From: Bilabrum cf. latius
Taxonomy: Eukaryota
DNA length: 64,000 bases
Assembly (NCBI GenBank): GCA_965178125.1
Contig: OZ237738.1
Coordinates: 806,001 to 870,000, forward strand
Reading direction: 5' to 3'
The translations under genes and the position numbers were made by a program. The notes beneath the pieces were generated by a model, which ran no database searches, was not told the origin of the DNA, and worked only from the letters and a program-made list of their open reading frames with translations. Shown one piece after another: positions 49,801-60,947 of the stretch. Numbering within the stretch: the first letter of the stretch is position 1; the number at the start of each line of letters is the position of its first letter.

Positions 49801-51140
49801 AGCTTCTCAAGTCGGGCGTAGACGACGAGGACAAGGAGGAAGAGGAGGACGATGGCGACGAAGACGAAGACGTCGAGAGCGGCGAGGCCGACGCTTCCGA
49901 GGGAGTCGGGAAAAGTGCGACAGCCGGCCGGGGACGCAAGAAAAAGAAGATGAAGGGCGCTTCCAGCGGTGCCAGTGGAAGCAGCAGTAGCAGCGGTGCT
50001 GGTGCCCAGGACCCGGCCAGCTGGACCAAGAATGCCGCGCGCAGTGCCGGCATACAACTGAGCGAGTCGGACGACACTCTGAACGAGATGATGGCGCGCA
50101 GTGAAGATGAGATTCAGCTCTTTGAGCAGTTTGATCAAGCTCGTAACGAGGCATTGCGAAGGGCATGGCAAGCGGCTGGGAGGTCGGATCCGCCGCCCCC
50201 TGCCCTGCTGGGCAAGACAGAGGTGCCCCGGTGGGTCTTCCGGTCGGACGACCAGCTGGACCTTGCTCGCATGGAGGAGCAGAGGAGGGACGAGATGGGC
50301 CGCGGGTCTAGGAAGAGGGCGAGGGTGACGTACGCCGAGGAGCTGACGGACCGCGAGTTCCTTCGGCTGGCAGACAAGGGGGCCTCTGAGGAGGAGATGG
50401 AGGTGGCCAGGGCCAGGAAGAGGATCAGGATGCGGGTGCTGAGCGCGGAGGCGGCTGGTGAGGACCTGGGCAAGGCTGGTGAGGAGGCCGAGAGGGATGC
50501 CATGGAGAGCCTGAAGGAGGACCCAGTGGCCGCGCAGGTGGCAGAGGAGGAGAGGGCGAGGGAGGAGAAGAGGGCCAGGAAGAGGGAGAGGGAGAGGGCA
50601 CGCAGACAGAAGCTCAAGGACCAGGTCAAGCCGGACTAGGAGCCGGACGCCATCGACGCGGAGGCCATCCCGTCGGACCCCGTGGAGCTGCGGCGGCGCG
50701 CGGACGTGTGCGACCAGGTGAAGGCGGCTCTGTCCTTGATTCGGAGGCAGACGGACGAGCACGGGCATCCTCTGTGCGGGTTGTTTGAGCGCGAGCCTGA
50801 CATCCAGCTGTACCCTCGGTACTATGACGTGGTGAAGCGGCCCATTGCCTTGGACTCGATGGACCGGCGGGCCGCGGAGCTGAGGTACAGGTCCACGGAG
50901 CGTTTCCTGGCGGATGTTGGTCAGATGAGGAACAACGCGTATCAGTTCAATGGGGAGGGGTCCGCGGTGCGGGTGCTGGCGGACCGCATCTTGGGGATGG
51001 CGCGGCGGCAGCTGGCGAGCGACCATGAGGGCGCGGGCGAGGGCGCGGGGAGGGCAGGCCCTGCTTGTGCGTCCGGTGGGGGACCTGTGCGTGTGGGCTC
51101 GTCGGCTTGTGGTATGTCGGCTGCCATGGAGGAGGGTTGA
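46878..51140 (+). CDS. SMARCA2/4-like: SWI/SNF catalytic ATPase of the BRM/BRG1/Snf2 subfamily (HSA, SNF2 ATPase, C-terminal bromodomain), ~1,420 aa
   Basis: [73 protein letters not shown]; bromodomain YPRYYDVVKRPIAL..NNAYQFN. Frame is open from ATG 46878 with only TAGs (four upstream of 47472, one at 50637-50639) to TGA 51138-51140. Confidence 0.95.
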
Positions 51141-51326
51141 TGTGTTTTTGCACGGATGTGGACGTGTGCGCATTACCCATTGTTCGGTTACGCTTGACCA
51201 GCGAGTATGAGGTACGTGCGGGTCTGCTCGGAGCAGTTCGAGTGTCTGGTCCCTCAGGGGAATCGCGCGTTACTTTGTGATGGCAAAGCAGATGATATCA
51301 GATTCCACTTCCTGAGGTTTGTCCGA

Positions 51327-51707
51327 GCACGGACAGGGGCGCGGCGGCCAGGGAACCTCGGGGCTAAGCGCGCCCATGCAGGGAGTCAAGCAGGGAGGCC
51401 GGGAGGCAGAGTCGAGCATGACATCTCCACAAGCCTACCCCACAAGAACACCCGATATATATTTTAGGGGGGGGAACCCAACCCATCCTAGCACGGACAG
51501 GGGCACGGTGGCCAGGGAATCCCGGGGCTAAGCGCGCCCATGCAGGGAGTCGTGCGGCGAGGCCGAGGAGCCGAGTCTAGCATGACCCTTCCACGAACCA
51601 GCACCGCAAGAACACCACTTTGAGAAAGAGGAACCCAACCCATCCTAGCACGGACAGGGGCACAGCGGCCAGGGAACCACGGGGCTAAGCGCGCCCATGC
51701 AGGAGCG
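51327..51707 (+). repeat. Three ~160-bp-period repeats inside a ~640-bp segment present only in triplication copy 1
   Basis: AGCACGGACAGGGGC..GGCCAGGGAA..CGGGGCTAAGCGCGCCCATGCAGG at ~51327, 51490 and 51647. Confidence 0.85.
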
Positions 51708-52221
51708 GAGCACAGCAACTGAAATACACGCAATCTCGGCCCGCAGGGCCGAGCACAAACAGACAAACAAAGAATAATAAAAGCGAAGGGAATACACACG
51801 ACATGTTGACCCCCATACCTTACCTTTGTACGGCTGGGGTCTGCTGTATTTACGAAGGAGTGGGGCGCGCAGGGTTTGCAGCTAGTGCCTGCGTAAAGTA
51901 ACGTGCCATTCCCTCTAGAATGCAATATAGCCTGCAGCGATAAGCATATTTTCGCTTTGCCATCGGATCGGGGTGCCTTTGTGCGCCTGCATTGATCGCA
52001 AGCAGTCTGTGCTAGATCTGTGGTGAGCAGGGTCGATCGGCGCCGTGGACTTGCTGGCAGTGTGGGCTGGAGCCGCTTGGCGGGAGATCTGAGAGCAGGT
52101 CGATCCTCCATCAGGCTGGGGGCTCGCGGTCCTTGCATCAAGTGGTGTGACTCAGGTGTAAGCGACATTGGCATAAAGGCTTGGTAAGGTGTTTGAAGCT
52201 CAGTGTGTGTGATTGCTGGGA

Positions 52222-53766
52222 ATGGCCCAGAGTAGTGCAGCATCCGATGTGATCGATCTCGTGAGCGAGTCTAGCTGTAGCGACACGGAAAGCGACTAGG
52301 ATGAATCCTGGTCGTAGGATGCTGCCACGATCACACGTCCATTGCGCCAAGCGCATGCCGGTAGCCGAGGGCAGGCAAGACGTCAGCAGGCTTAGTAGTA
52401 CGGGCCAGCATCCGCCAAGGAGTCAAGCGCGAATGGAGCTTTGTCATCTGGCAGCAGCAAGGAAGTGTTGGCATTGTGTGGGTCAATGTCAGCAGCTGGC
52501 GCGCGGGAGTCTGCATCTGCATCTGCATGTGCATCGCTTGGGCGGAAGAGGTCGAGGGGCCGAGAAGTTGACGATCCAGTGCGTTCGAGTGGTGGTGCAG
52601 TCGCTTCCAAGAGACGGCGCAGAGAGGGAGGATCAGATGCGAGCTAGCATGAGTGCGAGGTGTGTGGGAAGGTGCTGAGCTCGATGAGAAACTTGCTGCA
52701 GCATGTGACTGTGGTGCACTTGGGTGAGCGCAATCACGAGTGCGAGGTGTGTGGCAAGCGCTTCGGGGTGGCAGGTACTCTCAAGGCGCACATGAGGACT
52801 GTGCATGTTGGGGAGCGCAATCACGAGTGCAGTGTGTGCGGCAAGCGCTTCGGGGTGGCAGGCGATCTCAAAAAGCACATGAGGACTGTGCATGTTGGGG
52901 AGCGCAATCACGAGTGCATGGAGTGCGGCAAGCGCTTCGGGGAGGCAGGCGATCTCAAAAAGCACATGAGGACAGTGCATCTTGGGGAGCGCAATCACGA
53001 GTGCAGTGTGTGCGGCAAGCGCTTCGGGCAGGCAGGCCATCTCAGGACGCACATGAGGACAGTGCATCTTGGGGAGCGCAATCACGAGTGCAGTGTGTGC
53101 AGGAAGCGCTTTGGGGTGGGTGGCCATCTCAGGACGCACATGATGACTGTGCATGTTGGGGAGCGCAATCACGAGTGCAGTGTGTGCGGCAAGCGCTTCG
53201 GGCAGGCAGGTCATCTCACATAGCACATGATGACTGTGCATCTTGGGGAGCGCAATCACGAGTGCATGGAGTGCGGCAAGCGCTTCGGGGAGGCAGGCGA
53301 TCTCAAAAAGCACATGAGGACAGTGCATCTTGGGGAGCGCAATCACGAGTGCAGTGTGTGCGGCAAGCGCTTCGGGCAGGCAGGTCATCTCACATAGCAC
53401 ATGAGGACTGTGCATCTTGGGGAGCGCAATCACGAGTGCAGTGTGTGCGGCAAGCGCTTCGGGCAGGCAGGCAATCTCAGGACGCACATGAGGACTGTGC
53501 ATGTTGGGGAGCGCAATCACGAGTGCAGTGTGTGCGGCAAGCGCTTCGGGGTGGCAGGGGATCTCAGGAGGCACATGAGGACTGTGCATGTTGGGGAGCG
53601 CAATCACGAGTGCAGTGTGTGCGGCAAGCGCTTCGGGGTGGCAGGGGATCTCAGGAGGCACATGAGGACTGTGCATGTTGGGGAGCGCAATCACGAGTGC
53701 ATGGAGTGCGGCAAGCGCTTCGGGGTGGCAGGCAATCTCAAGAGGCACATGAGGACTGTGCATTGA
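52222..53766 (+). CDS. C2H2 zinc-finger array protein, copy 1 (13 fingers)
   Basis: ATG 52222 (MAQSSAASDVIDLVSESS), basic NLS-like RKRSR..KRRRR, then 87-bp/29-aa CxxC..HxxxxH-LGERN repeats. Only TAG interruptions (e.g. 52645, 53221, 53395). Ends at TGA. Confidence 0.88.
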
Positions 53767-54090
53767 TTGGTGATGGGCCATAGCTGCCGATTGCGGTGTG
53801 CATGAGTTGGACCTCCATCAGCTCAGCTCTCGAGCATGCAGCAATGCGCGACTTCGGCTTTCCCCTTCCACCCAGCACCAGGACAATGCCCGAGTCCTCG
53901 CCAGGACACGGCATCTGCTGCACGCTATGCATGCCATGGTATAGCAGCTGCTTGGTGAGATCCGGTAGTGGTGGATAGATCGTCGTGCGTGCGTTTGCTC
54001 CTGCGTGGCCATGCAGCAGGACGTGCTGGCTCACCATGGCAATCAAGGCTGGGGCATCCGTCCAGGTGATGTCGCTCGCTGCCTGCTGCC

Positions 54091-55086
54091 GTGCTGGGCA
54101 AGACAGAGGTGCGCCCGTTGTGGGTGTGCCGGTGGGACGCCCAGCTGGATGTAGCTCGCATGGAGGAGCAGAAGAGAGACGAGATGGGCCGCGGGTCCAG
54201 GAAGAGGGCGAGGGTGACGTACGCCGAGGAGCTGACGGACCGCGAGTTCCTTCGGCTGGCAGACAAGGGGGCCTCTGAGGAGGAGATGGAGGTGGCCAGG
54301 GCCAGGAAGAGGATCAGGATGCGGCTGCTGAGCGCGGAGGCGGCTGGTGAGGACCTGGGCAAGGCTGGTGAGGAGGCCGAGAGGGAGGCCATGGAGAGCC
54401 TGAAGGAGGACCTGGGCAAGGCTGGTGAGGAGGCCGAGAGAGAGGCCATGGAGAGCCTGAAGGAGGACCCAGTGGCCGCGCAGGTGGCAGAGGAGGAGAG
54501 GGCGAGGGAGGACAAGAGGGCCAGGAAGAGGGAGAGGGAGAGGGCACGCAGACAGAAGCTCAAGGACCAGGTCAAGCCCGACTAGGAGCCGGACGCCATC
54601 GACGCGGAGGCCATCCCGTCGGACCCCGTGGAGCTGCGGCGGCGCGCGGACGTGTGCGACCAGGTGAAGGCGGCTCTGTCCTTGATTCGGAGGCAGACGG
54701 ACGAGCACGGGCATCCTTTGTGCGGGTTGTTTGAGCGCGAGCCTGACATCCAGCTGTACCCTCGGTACTATGACGTGGTGAAGCGGCCCATTGCCTTGGA
54801 CTCGATGGACCGGCGGGCCGCGGAGCTGAGGTACAGGTCCACGGAGCGTTTCCTGGCGGATGTTGGTCAGATGAGGAACAACGGGTATCAGTTCAATGGG
54901 GAGGGGTCCACGGTGCGGGTGCTGGCGGACCGCATCTTGGGGATGGCGCGGCGGCAGCTAGCGAGCGACCATGAGGGAGAGGGCGAGGGCGCGGGGAGGG
55001 CAGGCCCTGCTTGTGCGTCCGGTGGGGGACCTGTGCGTGTGGGTTCGTCGGCTTGTGGTATGTCGGCTGCCATGGAGGAGGGTTGA
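54091..55086 (+). other. 5'-truncated duplicate of the SNF2 C-terminus (bromodomain only); pseudogene or short gene
   Basis: Near-identical to 50205-51140, frame intact through the same TAG (54583-54585), carries an extra in-frame 57-bp duplication, lacks the ATPase. Confidence 0.8.
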
Positions 55087-55524
55087 TGTGTTTTTGCATG
55101 GATGTGGACGTGTGCGCATTACCCATTGTTCGGTTACGCTTGACCAGCGAGTATGAGGCACGTGCGGGTCTGCTTGGAGCGGCTAGCTTTGGTCCCTCAG
55201 GGGAATCGCGCGTTACTTTGTGAGTAAAGCAGATGATAATCAGATTCCACATTTTCACTTTGCCATCGGGTCGGGGTGCCTGTGTGCGCCTGCATTGATC
55301 GCAAGCAGTCTGTGCTAGATCTGTGGTGAGCAGGGTCGATCGGCGCCGTGGACTTGCTGGCAGTGTGGGCTGGAACTGCTTGGCGGGAGATCTGACAGCA
55401 GGTCGATCCTCCATCAGGCTGGGGACCCGCGGTCCCTGCATCAAGTGGTGTGATTCAGGTGTAAGCGACATTGGCACAAAGGCTTGGTAAGGTGTTTGAA
55501 GCTCAGTGTGTGTGATTGCTGGGA

Positions 55525-57591
55525 ATGGCCCAGAGTAGTGCAGCATCCGATGTGATCGATCTCGTGAGCGAGTCTAGCTGTAGTGACACGGAAAGCGACT
55601 AGGATGAATCCTGGTCGTAGGATGCTGCCACGATCACACGTCCATTGCGCCAAGCGCATGCCGGTAGCCGAGGGCGGGCAAGAAGTCAGCAGGCTTAGTA
55701 GTACGGGCCGGCATCCGCCAAGGAGTCAAGCGTGAATGGAGCTTTGGCATCTGGCAGCAGCAAGGAAGTGTTGGCATTGTGTGTGTCAATGTCAGCAGCT
55801 GGCGCGCGGGAGTCTGCATCTGCATCTGCATCTGCATCGCTTGGGCGGAAGAGGTCCAGGGGCCGAGAAGTTGACGAGCCAGTGCGTTCGAGTGGTGGTG
55901 CAGTCGCTTCCAAGAGACGGCGCAGAGAGGGGGGATCAGATGCGAGCTAGCATGAGTGCGAGGTGTGTGGGAAGGTGCTGAGCTCGATGAGAAACTTGCT
56001 GCAGCATGTGACTGTGGTGCACTTGGGTGAGCGCAATCACGAGTGCAGTGTGTGCGGCAAGCGCTTCGGGCAGGCAGGCCATCTCACAAGGCACATGAGG
56101 ACTGTGCATGTTGGGGAGCGCAATCACGAGTGCAGTGTGTGCGGCAAGCGCTTCGGGGAGGCAGGCGATCTCAAAAAGCACATGAGGACAGTGCATGTTG
56201 GGGAGCGCAATCACGAGTGCAGTGTGTGCGGCAAGCGCTTCGGGCTGGCAGGCCATCTCACAAAGCACATGAGGACAGTGCATGTTGGGGAGCGCAATCA
56301 CGAGTGCAGTGTGTGCAGGAAGCGCTTTGGGGTGGGTGGCCATCTCAGGACGCACATGATGACTGTGCATCTGGGGGAGCGCAATCACGAGTGCAGTGTG
56401 TGCGGCAAGCGCTTCGGGCAGGCAGGTCATCTCACATAGCACATGATGACTGTGCATCTTGGGGAGCGCAATCACGAGTGCAGTGTGTGCGGCAAGCGCT
56501 TCGGGCAGGCAGGCAGTCTCAGGACGCACATGAGGACTGTGCATCTTGGGGAGCGCAATCACGAGTGCAGTGTGTGCGGCAAGCGCTTCGGGCAGGCAGG
56601 CAGTCTCAGGACGCACATGAGGACTGTGCATCTTGGGGAGCGCAATCACGAGTGCAGTGTGTGCGGCAAGCGCTTCGGGGAGGCAGGCAGTCTCAAGAAG
56701 CATATGAGGACTGTGCATCTTGGGGAGCGCAATCACGAGTGCAGTGTGTGCGGTAAGTGCTTCGGGGTGGCAGGTCATCTCAGAAAGCACATGATGACTG
56801 TGCATGTTGGGGAGCGCAATCACGAGTGCAGTGTGTGCGGCAAGCGCTTCGGGGAGGCAGGCAACCTCAAGACGCACATGATGACTGTGCATCTGGGGGA
56901 GCGCAATCACGAGTGTTTGGAGTGCGGCAAGCGCTTCGGGCAAGCAGGCCATCTCAAGAGGCACATGAGGACTGTGCATCTTGGGGAGCGCAATCACGAG
57001 TGCAGTGTGTGCGGCAAGCGCTTCGGGGTGGCAGGCCATCTCAGAAAGCACATGAGGACTGTGCATGTTGGGGAGCGCAATCACGAGTGCAGTGTGTGCG
57101 GCAAGCGCTTCGGGGAGGCAGGCGATCTCACAAAGCACATGAGGACAGTGCATCTTGGGGAGCGCAATCACGAGTGTAGTGTGTGCGGCAAGCGCTTCGG
57201 GGAGGCAGGCAGTCTCAGGACGCACATGAGGACTGTGCATGTTGGGGAGCGCAATCACGAGTGCAGTGTGTGCGGCAAGCGCTTCAGGGAGGCAGGCCAT
57301 CTCAAGAGGCACATGAGGACTGTGCATGTTGGGGAGCGCAATCACGAGTGCAGTGTGTGCGGCAAGCGCTTCAGGGAGGCAGGCCATCTCAAGAGGCACA
57401 TGAGGACAGTGCATGTTGGGGAGCGCAATCACGAGTGCAGTGTGTGCGGCAAGCGCTTCGGGGTGGCAGGCAGTCTCAAGACGCACATGAGGACTGTGCA
57501 TGTTGGGGAGCGCAATCACGAGTGCAGTGTGTGCGGGAAGCGCTTCGGGGTGGCAGGCAGTCTCAAGAGGCACATGAGCAGAGTGCATTGA
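55525..57591 (+). CDS. C2H2 zinc-finger array protein, copy 2 (19 fingers)
   Basis: Same N-terminus as copy 1, 87-bp repeats, TAGs at 55948 and 56437 and in the N-terminal region. Ends at TGA. Confidence 0.88.
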
Positions 57592-57919
57592 TTGGTGATG
57601 GGCCATAGCTGTCGATTGCGGTGTGCATGAGTTGGACCTCCGTCAGCTCTGCTGTCTAGTAAGCAGCAATGCGCGACCTCAGCCTCCCCCTCGACCCAGC
57701 ACCAGGACAATGCCCCGAGTCCTAGCCAGGGCACGAAAAGCAGCTGCTGCACGCTATGCATGCCATGGTATAGCAGCTGCTTGGTGAGATCCTGTGGTGG
57801 TGGAGAGGTCGTCGTGCAAGTGTTTGCTCCTGCGTGGCCATGCAGCAGGACGTGCTGGCTCACCATGGCAATCAAGGCTGGGGCATCTGTCCAGGTGATG
57901 TTGCTCGCTGCCTGCTGCC

Positions 57920-58858
57920 GTGCTGGGCAAGACAGAGGTGCCCCCGTTGTGGGTGTGCCGTTGGGACGACCAGCTGGATGTAGCTCGCATGGAGGAGCAG
58001 AGGAGGGACGAGATGGGCCGCGGGTCTAGGAAGAGGGCGAGGGTGACGTACGCCGAGGAGCTGACGGACCGCGAGTTCCTTCGGCTGGCAGACAAGGGGG
58101 CCTCTGAGGAGGAGATGGAGGTGGCCAGGGCGAGGAAGAGGATCAGGATGCGGCTGCTGAGCGCGGAGGCGGCTGGTGAGGACCTGGGCAAGGCTGGTGA
58201 GGAGGCCGAGAGAGAGGCCATGGAGAGCCTGAAGGAGGACCCAGTGGCCGCGCAGGTGGCAGAGGAGGAGAGGGCGAGGGAGGAGAAGAGGGCCAGGAAG
58301 AGGGAGAGGGAGAGGGCACGCAGACAGAAGCTCAAGGACCAGGTCAAGCCCGACTAGGAGCCGGACGCCATCGACGCGGAGGCCATCCCGTCGGACCCCG
58401 TGGAGCTGCGGCGGCGCGCGGACGTGTGCGACCAGGTGAAGGCGGCTCTGTCCTTGATTCGGAGGCAGACGGACGAGCACGGGCATCCTTTGTGCGGGTT
58501 GTTTGAGCGCGAGCCTGACATCCAGCTGTACCCTCGGTACTATGACGTGGTGAAGCGGCCCATTGCCTTGGACTCGATGGACCGGCGGGCCGCGGAGCTG
58601 AGGTACAGGTCCACGGAGCGTTTCCTGGCGGATGTTGGTCAGATGAGGAACAACGCGTATCAGTTCAATGGGGAGGGGTCCACGGTGCGGGTGCTGGCGG
58701 ACCGCATCTTGGGGATGGCGCGGCGGCAGCTAGCGAGCGACCATGAGGGAGAGGGCGAGGGCGCGGGGAGGGCAGGCCCTGCTTGTGCGTCCGGTGGGGG
58801 ACCTGTGCGTGTGGGTTCGTCGGCTTGTGGTATGTCGGCTGCCATGGAGGAGGGTTGA
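57920..58858 (+). other. Second 5'-truncated duplicate of the SNF2 C-terminus (bromodomain only)
   Basis: Near-identical to 50205-51140, same TAG at 58355-58357. Ends at TGA. Confidence 0.8.
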
Positions 58859-59298
58859 TGTGTTTTTGCATGGATGTGGACGTGTGCGCATTACCCATTG
58901 TTCGGTTACGCTTGACCAGCGAGTATGAGGCACGTGCGGGTCTGCTCGGAGCAGTGTTATGTCTGGTCCCTCAGGGGAATCGCGCGTTACTTTGTGAGTA
59001 AAGCAGATGATAATCAGATTCCACATTTTCACTTTGCCATCGGGTCGGGGTGCCTGTGTGCGCCTGCATTGATCGCAAGCAGTCTGTGCTAGATCTGTGG
59101 TGAGCAGGGTCGATCGGCGCCGTGGACTTGCTGGCAGTGTGGGCTGGAACTGCTTGGCGGGAGATCTGACAGCAGGTCGATCCTCCATCAGGCTGGGGAC
59201 CCGCGGTCCCTGCATCAAGTGGTGTGATTCAGGTGTAAGCGACATTGGCACAAAGGCTTGGTAAGGTGTTTGAAGCTCAGTGTGTGTGATTGCTGGGA

Positions 59299-60582
59299 AT
59301 GGCCCAGAGTAGTGCAGCATCCGATGTGATCGATCTCGTGAGCGAGTCTAGCTGTAGTGACACGGAAAGCGACTAGGATGAATCCTGGTCGTAGGATGCT
59401 GCCACGATCACACGTCCATTGCGCCAAGCGCATGCCGGTAGCCGAGGGCGGGCAAGAAGTCAGCAGGCTTAGTAGTACGGGCCGGCATCCGCCAAGGAGT
59501 CAAGCGTGAATGGAGCTTTGGCATCTAGCAGCAGCAAGGAAGTGTTGGCATTGTGTGTGTCAATGTCAGCAGCTGGCGCGCGGGAGTCTGCATCTGCATC
59601 TGCATCTGCATCGCTTGGGCGGAAGAGGTCCAGGGGCCGAGAAGTTGACGAGCCAGTGCGTTCGAGTGGTGGTGCAGTCGCTTCCAAGAGACGGCGCAGA
59701 GAGGGAGGATCAGATGCGAGCCAGCATGAGTGCGAGGTGTGTGGGAAGGTGCTGAGCTCGATGAGAAGCTTGCTGCAGCATGTGACTGTGGTGCACTTGG
59801 GGGAGCGCAATCACGAGTGCAGTGTGTGCGGCAAGCGCTTCGGGGTGGCAGGCAGTCTCAGAACGCACATGAGGACTGTGCATGTTGGGGAGCGCAATCA
59901 CGAGTGCAGTGTGTGCGGCAAGCGCTTCGGGCAGGCAGGCAATCTCACAAAGCACATGAGGACTGTGCATGTTGGGGAGCGCAATCACGAGTGCAGTGTG
60001 TGCGGCAAGCGCTTCGGGGAGGCAGGCAGTCTCAGGACGCACATGAGGACTGTGCATGTTGGGGAGCGCAATCACGAGTGCAGTGTGTGCGGCAAGCGCT
60101 TCGGGCAGGCAGGCAGTCTCAAGACGCACATGATGACTGTGCATGTTGGGGAGCGCAATCACGAGTGCAGTGTGTGCGGCAAGCGCTTCGGGCAGGCAGG
60201 CAATCTCACAAAGCACATGAGGACTGTGCATGTTGGGGAGCGCAAGCACGAGTGCAGTGTGTGCGGCAAGCGCTTCGGGGAGGCAGGCAGTCTCAGGACG
60301 CACATGAGGACTGTGCATGTTGGGGAGCGCAATCACGAGTGCAGTGTGTGCGGCAAGCGCTTCGGGGTGGCAGGCCATCTCAAGAGGCACATGAGGACAG
60401 TGCATCTTGGGGAGCGCAATCACGAGTGCAGTGTGTGCGGAAAGCGCTTCGGGCAGGCAGGCGATCTCAAGACGCACATGAGGACTGTGCATGCTGGGGA
60501 GCGCAATCACGAGTGCAGTGTGTGCGGCAAGCGCTTCGGGGTGGCAGGCCATCTCAGGAGGCACATGAGGACTGTGCACTGA
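59299..60582 (+). CDS. C2H2 zinc-finger array protein, copy 3 (10 fingers)
   Basis: ATG 59299, four TAGs in the N-terminal region (including CAG CAG GCT TAG TAG TAC), uninterrupted finger array. Ends at TGA. Confidence 0.9.
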
Positions 60583-60947
60583 TTGGTGATGGGTACAGTG
60601 GCCGATTGCGATCTGTATAGTAGCGCTGGTGTGATCTTATCTTACTAAGCTAGGTCGGGGACACGCCGTCCGACACGGAGCCGGGGGGTGTGACGATCTC
60701 GCATGCCGCCAGCAGCTTGCGTCTCAGGGGCGGCTCCTATAAAGATTCATTAATGTATGCCTGCCGGTGGTCGCCAAGTTCAAGCAGGCTGAAGTTTTTG
60801 CGCTGCATCCTGAAGTACAGCAATGCGTACTTGCCTCAAGCGGGAGTCCAGTGGCTGGAGCCAAACCGGCGGCGCCGCGCGATCAGCAGTTTGCTGGTTC
60901 CGCACACGAGTGAACCACACAATCAAACCACTACTCTCTCAAGCACA

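Larger units (their letters stand above)
50204..60592 (+). repeat. Tandem segmental triplication (~3.8-kb unit: SNF2 C-terminal/bromodomain segment, spacer, ZNF gene)
   Basis: TGCTGGGCAAGACAGAGGTGC recurs at ~50206, 54092 and 57921, each followed by a near-identical bromodomain, intergenic sequence and ZNF array. Confidence 0.95.

Noticed and set aside
52633-60620. Antisense and alternate-frame ORFs over the zinc-finger arrays (e.g. 55936-57606 minus)
   Set aside because: They are shadows of the 87-bp coding repeat. The C2H2 frame explains the sequence.
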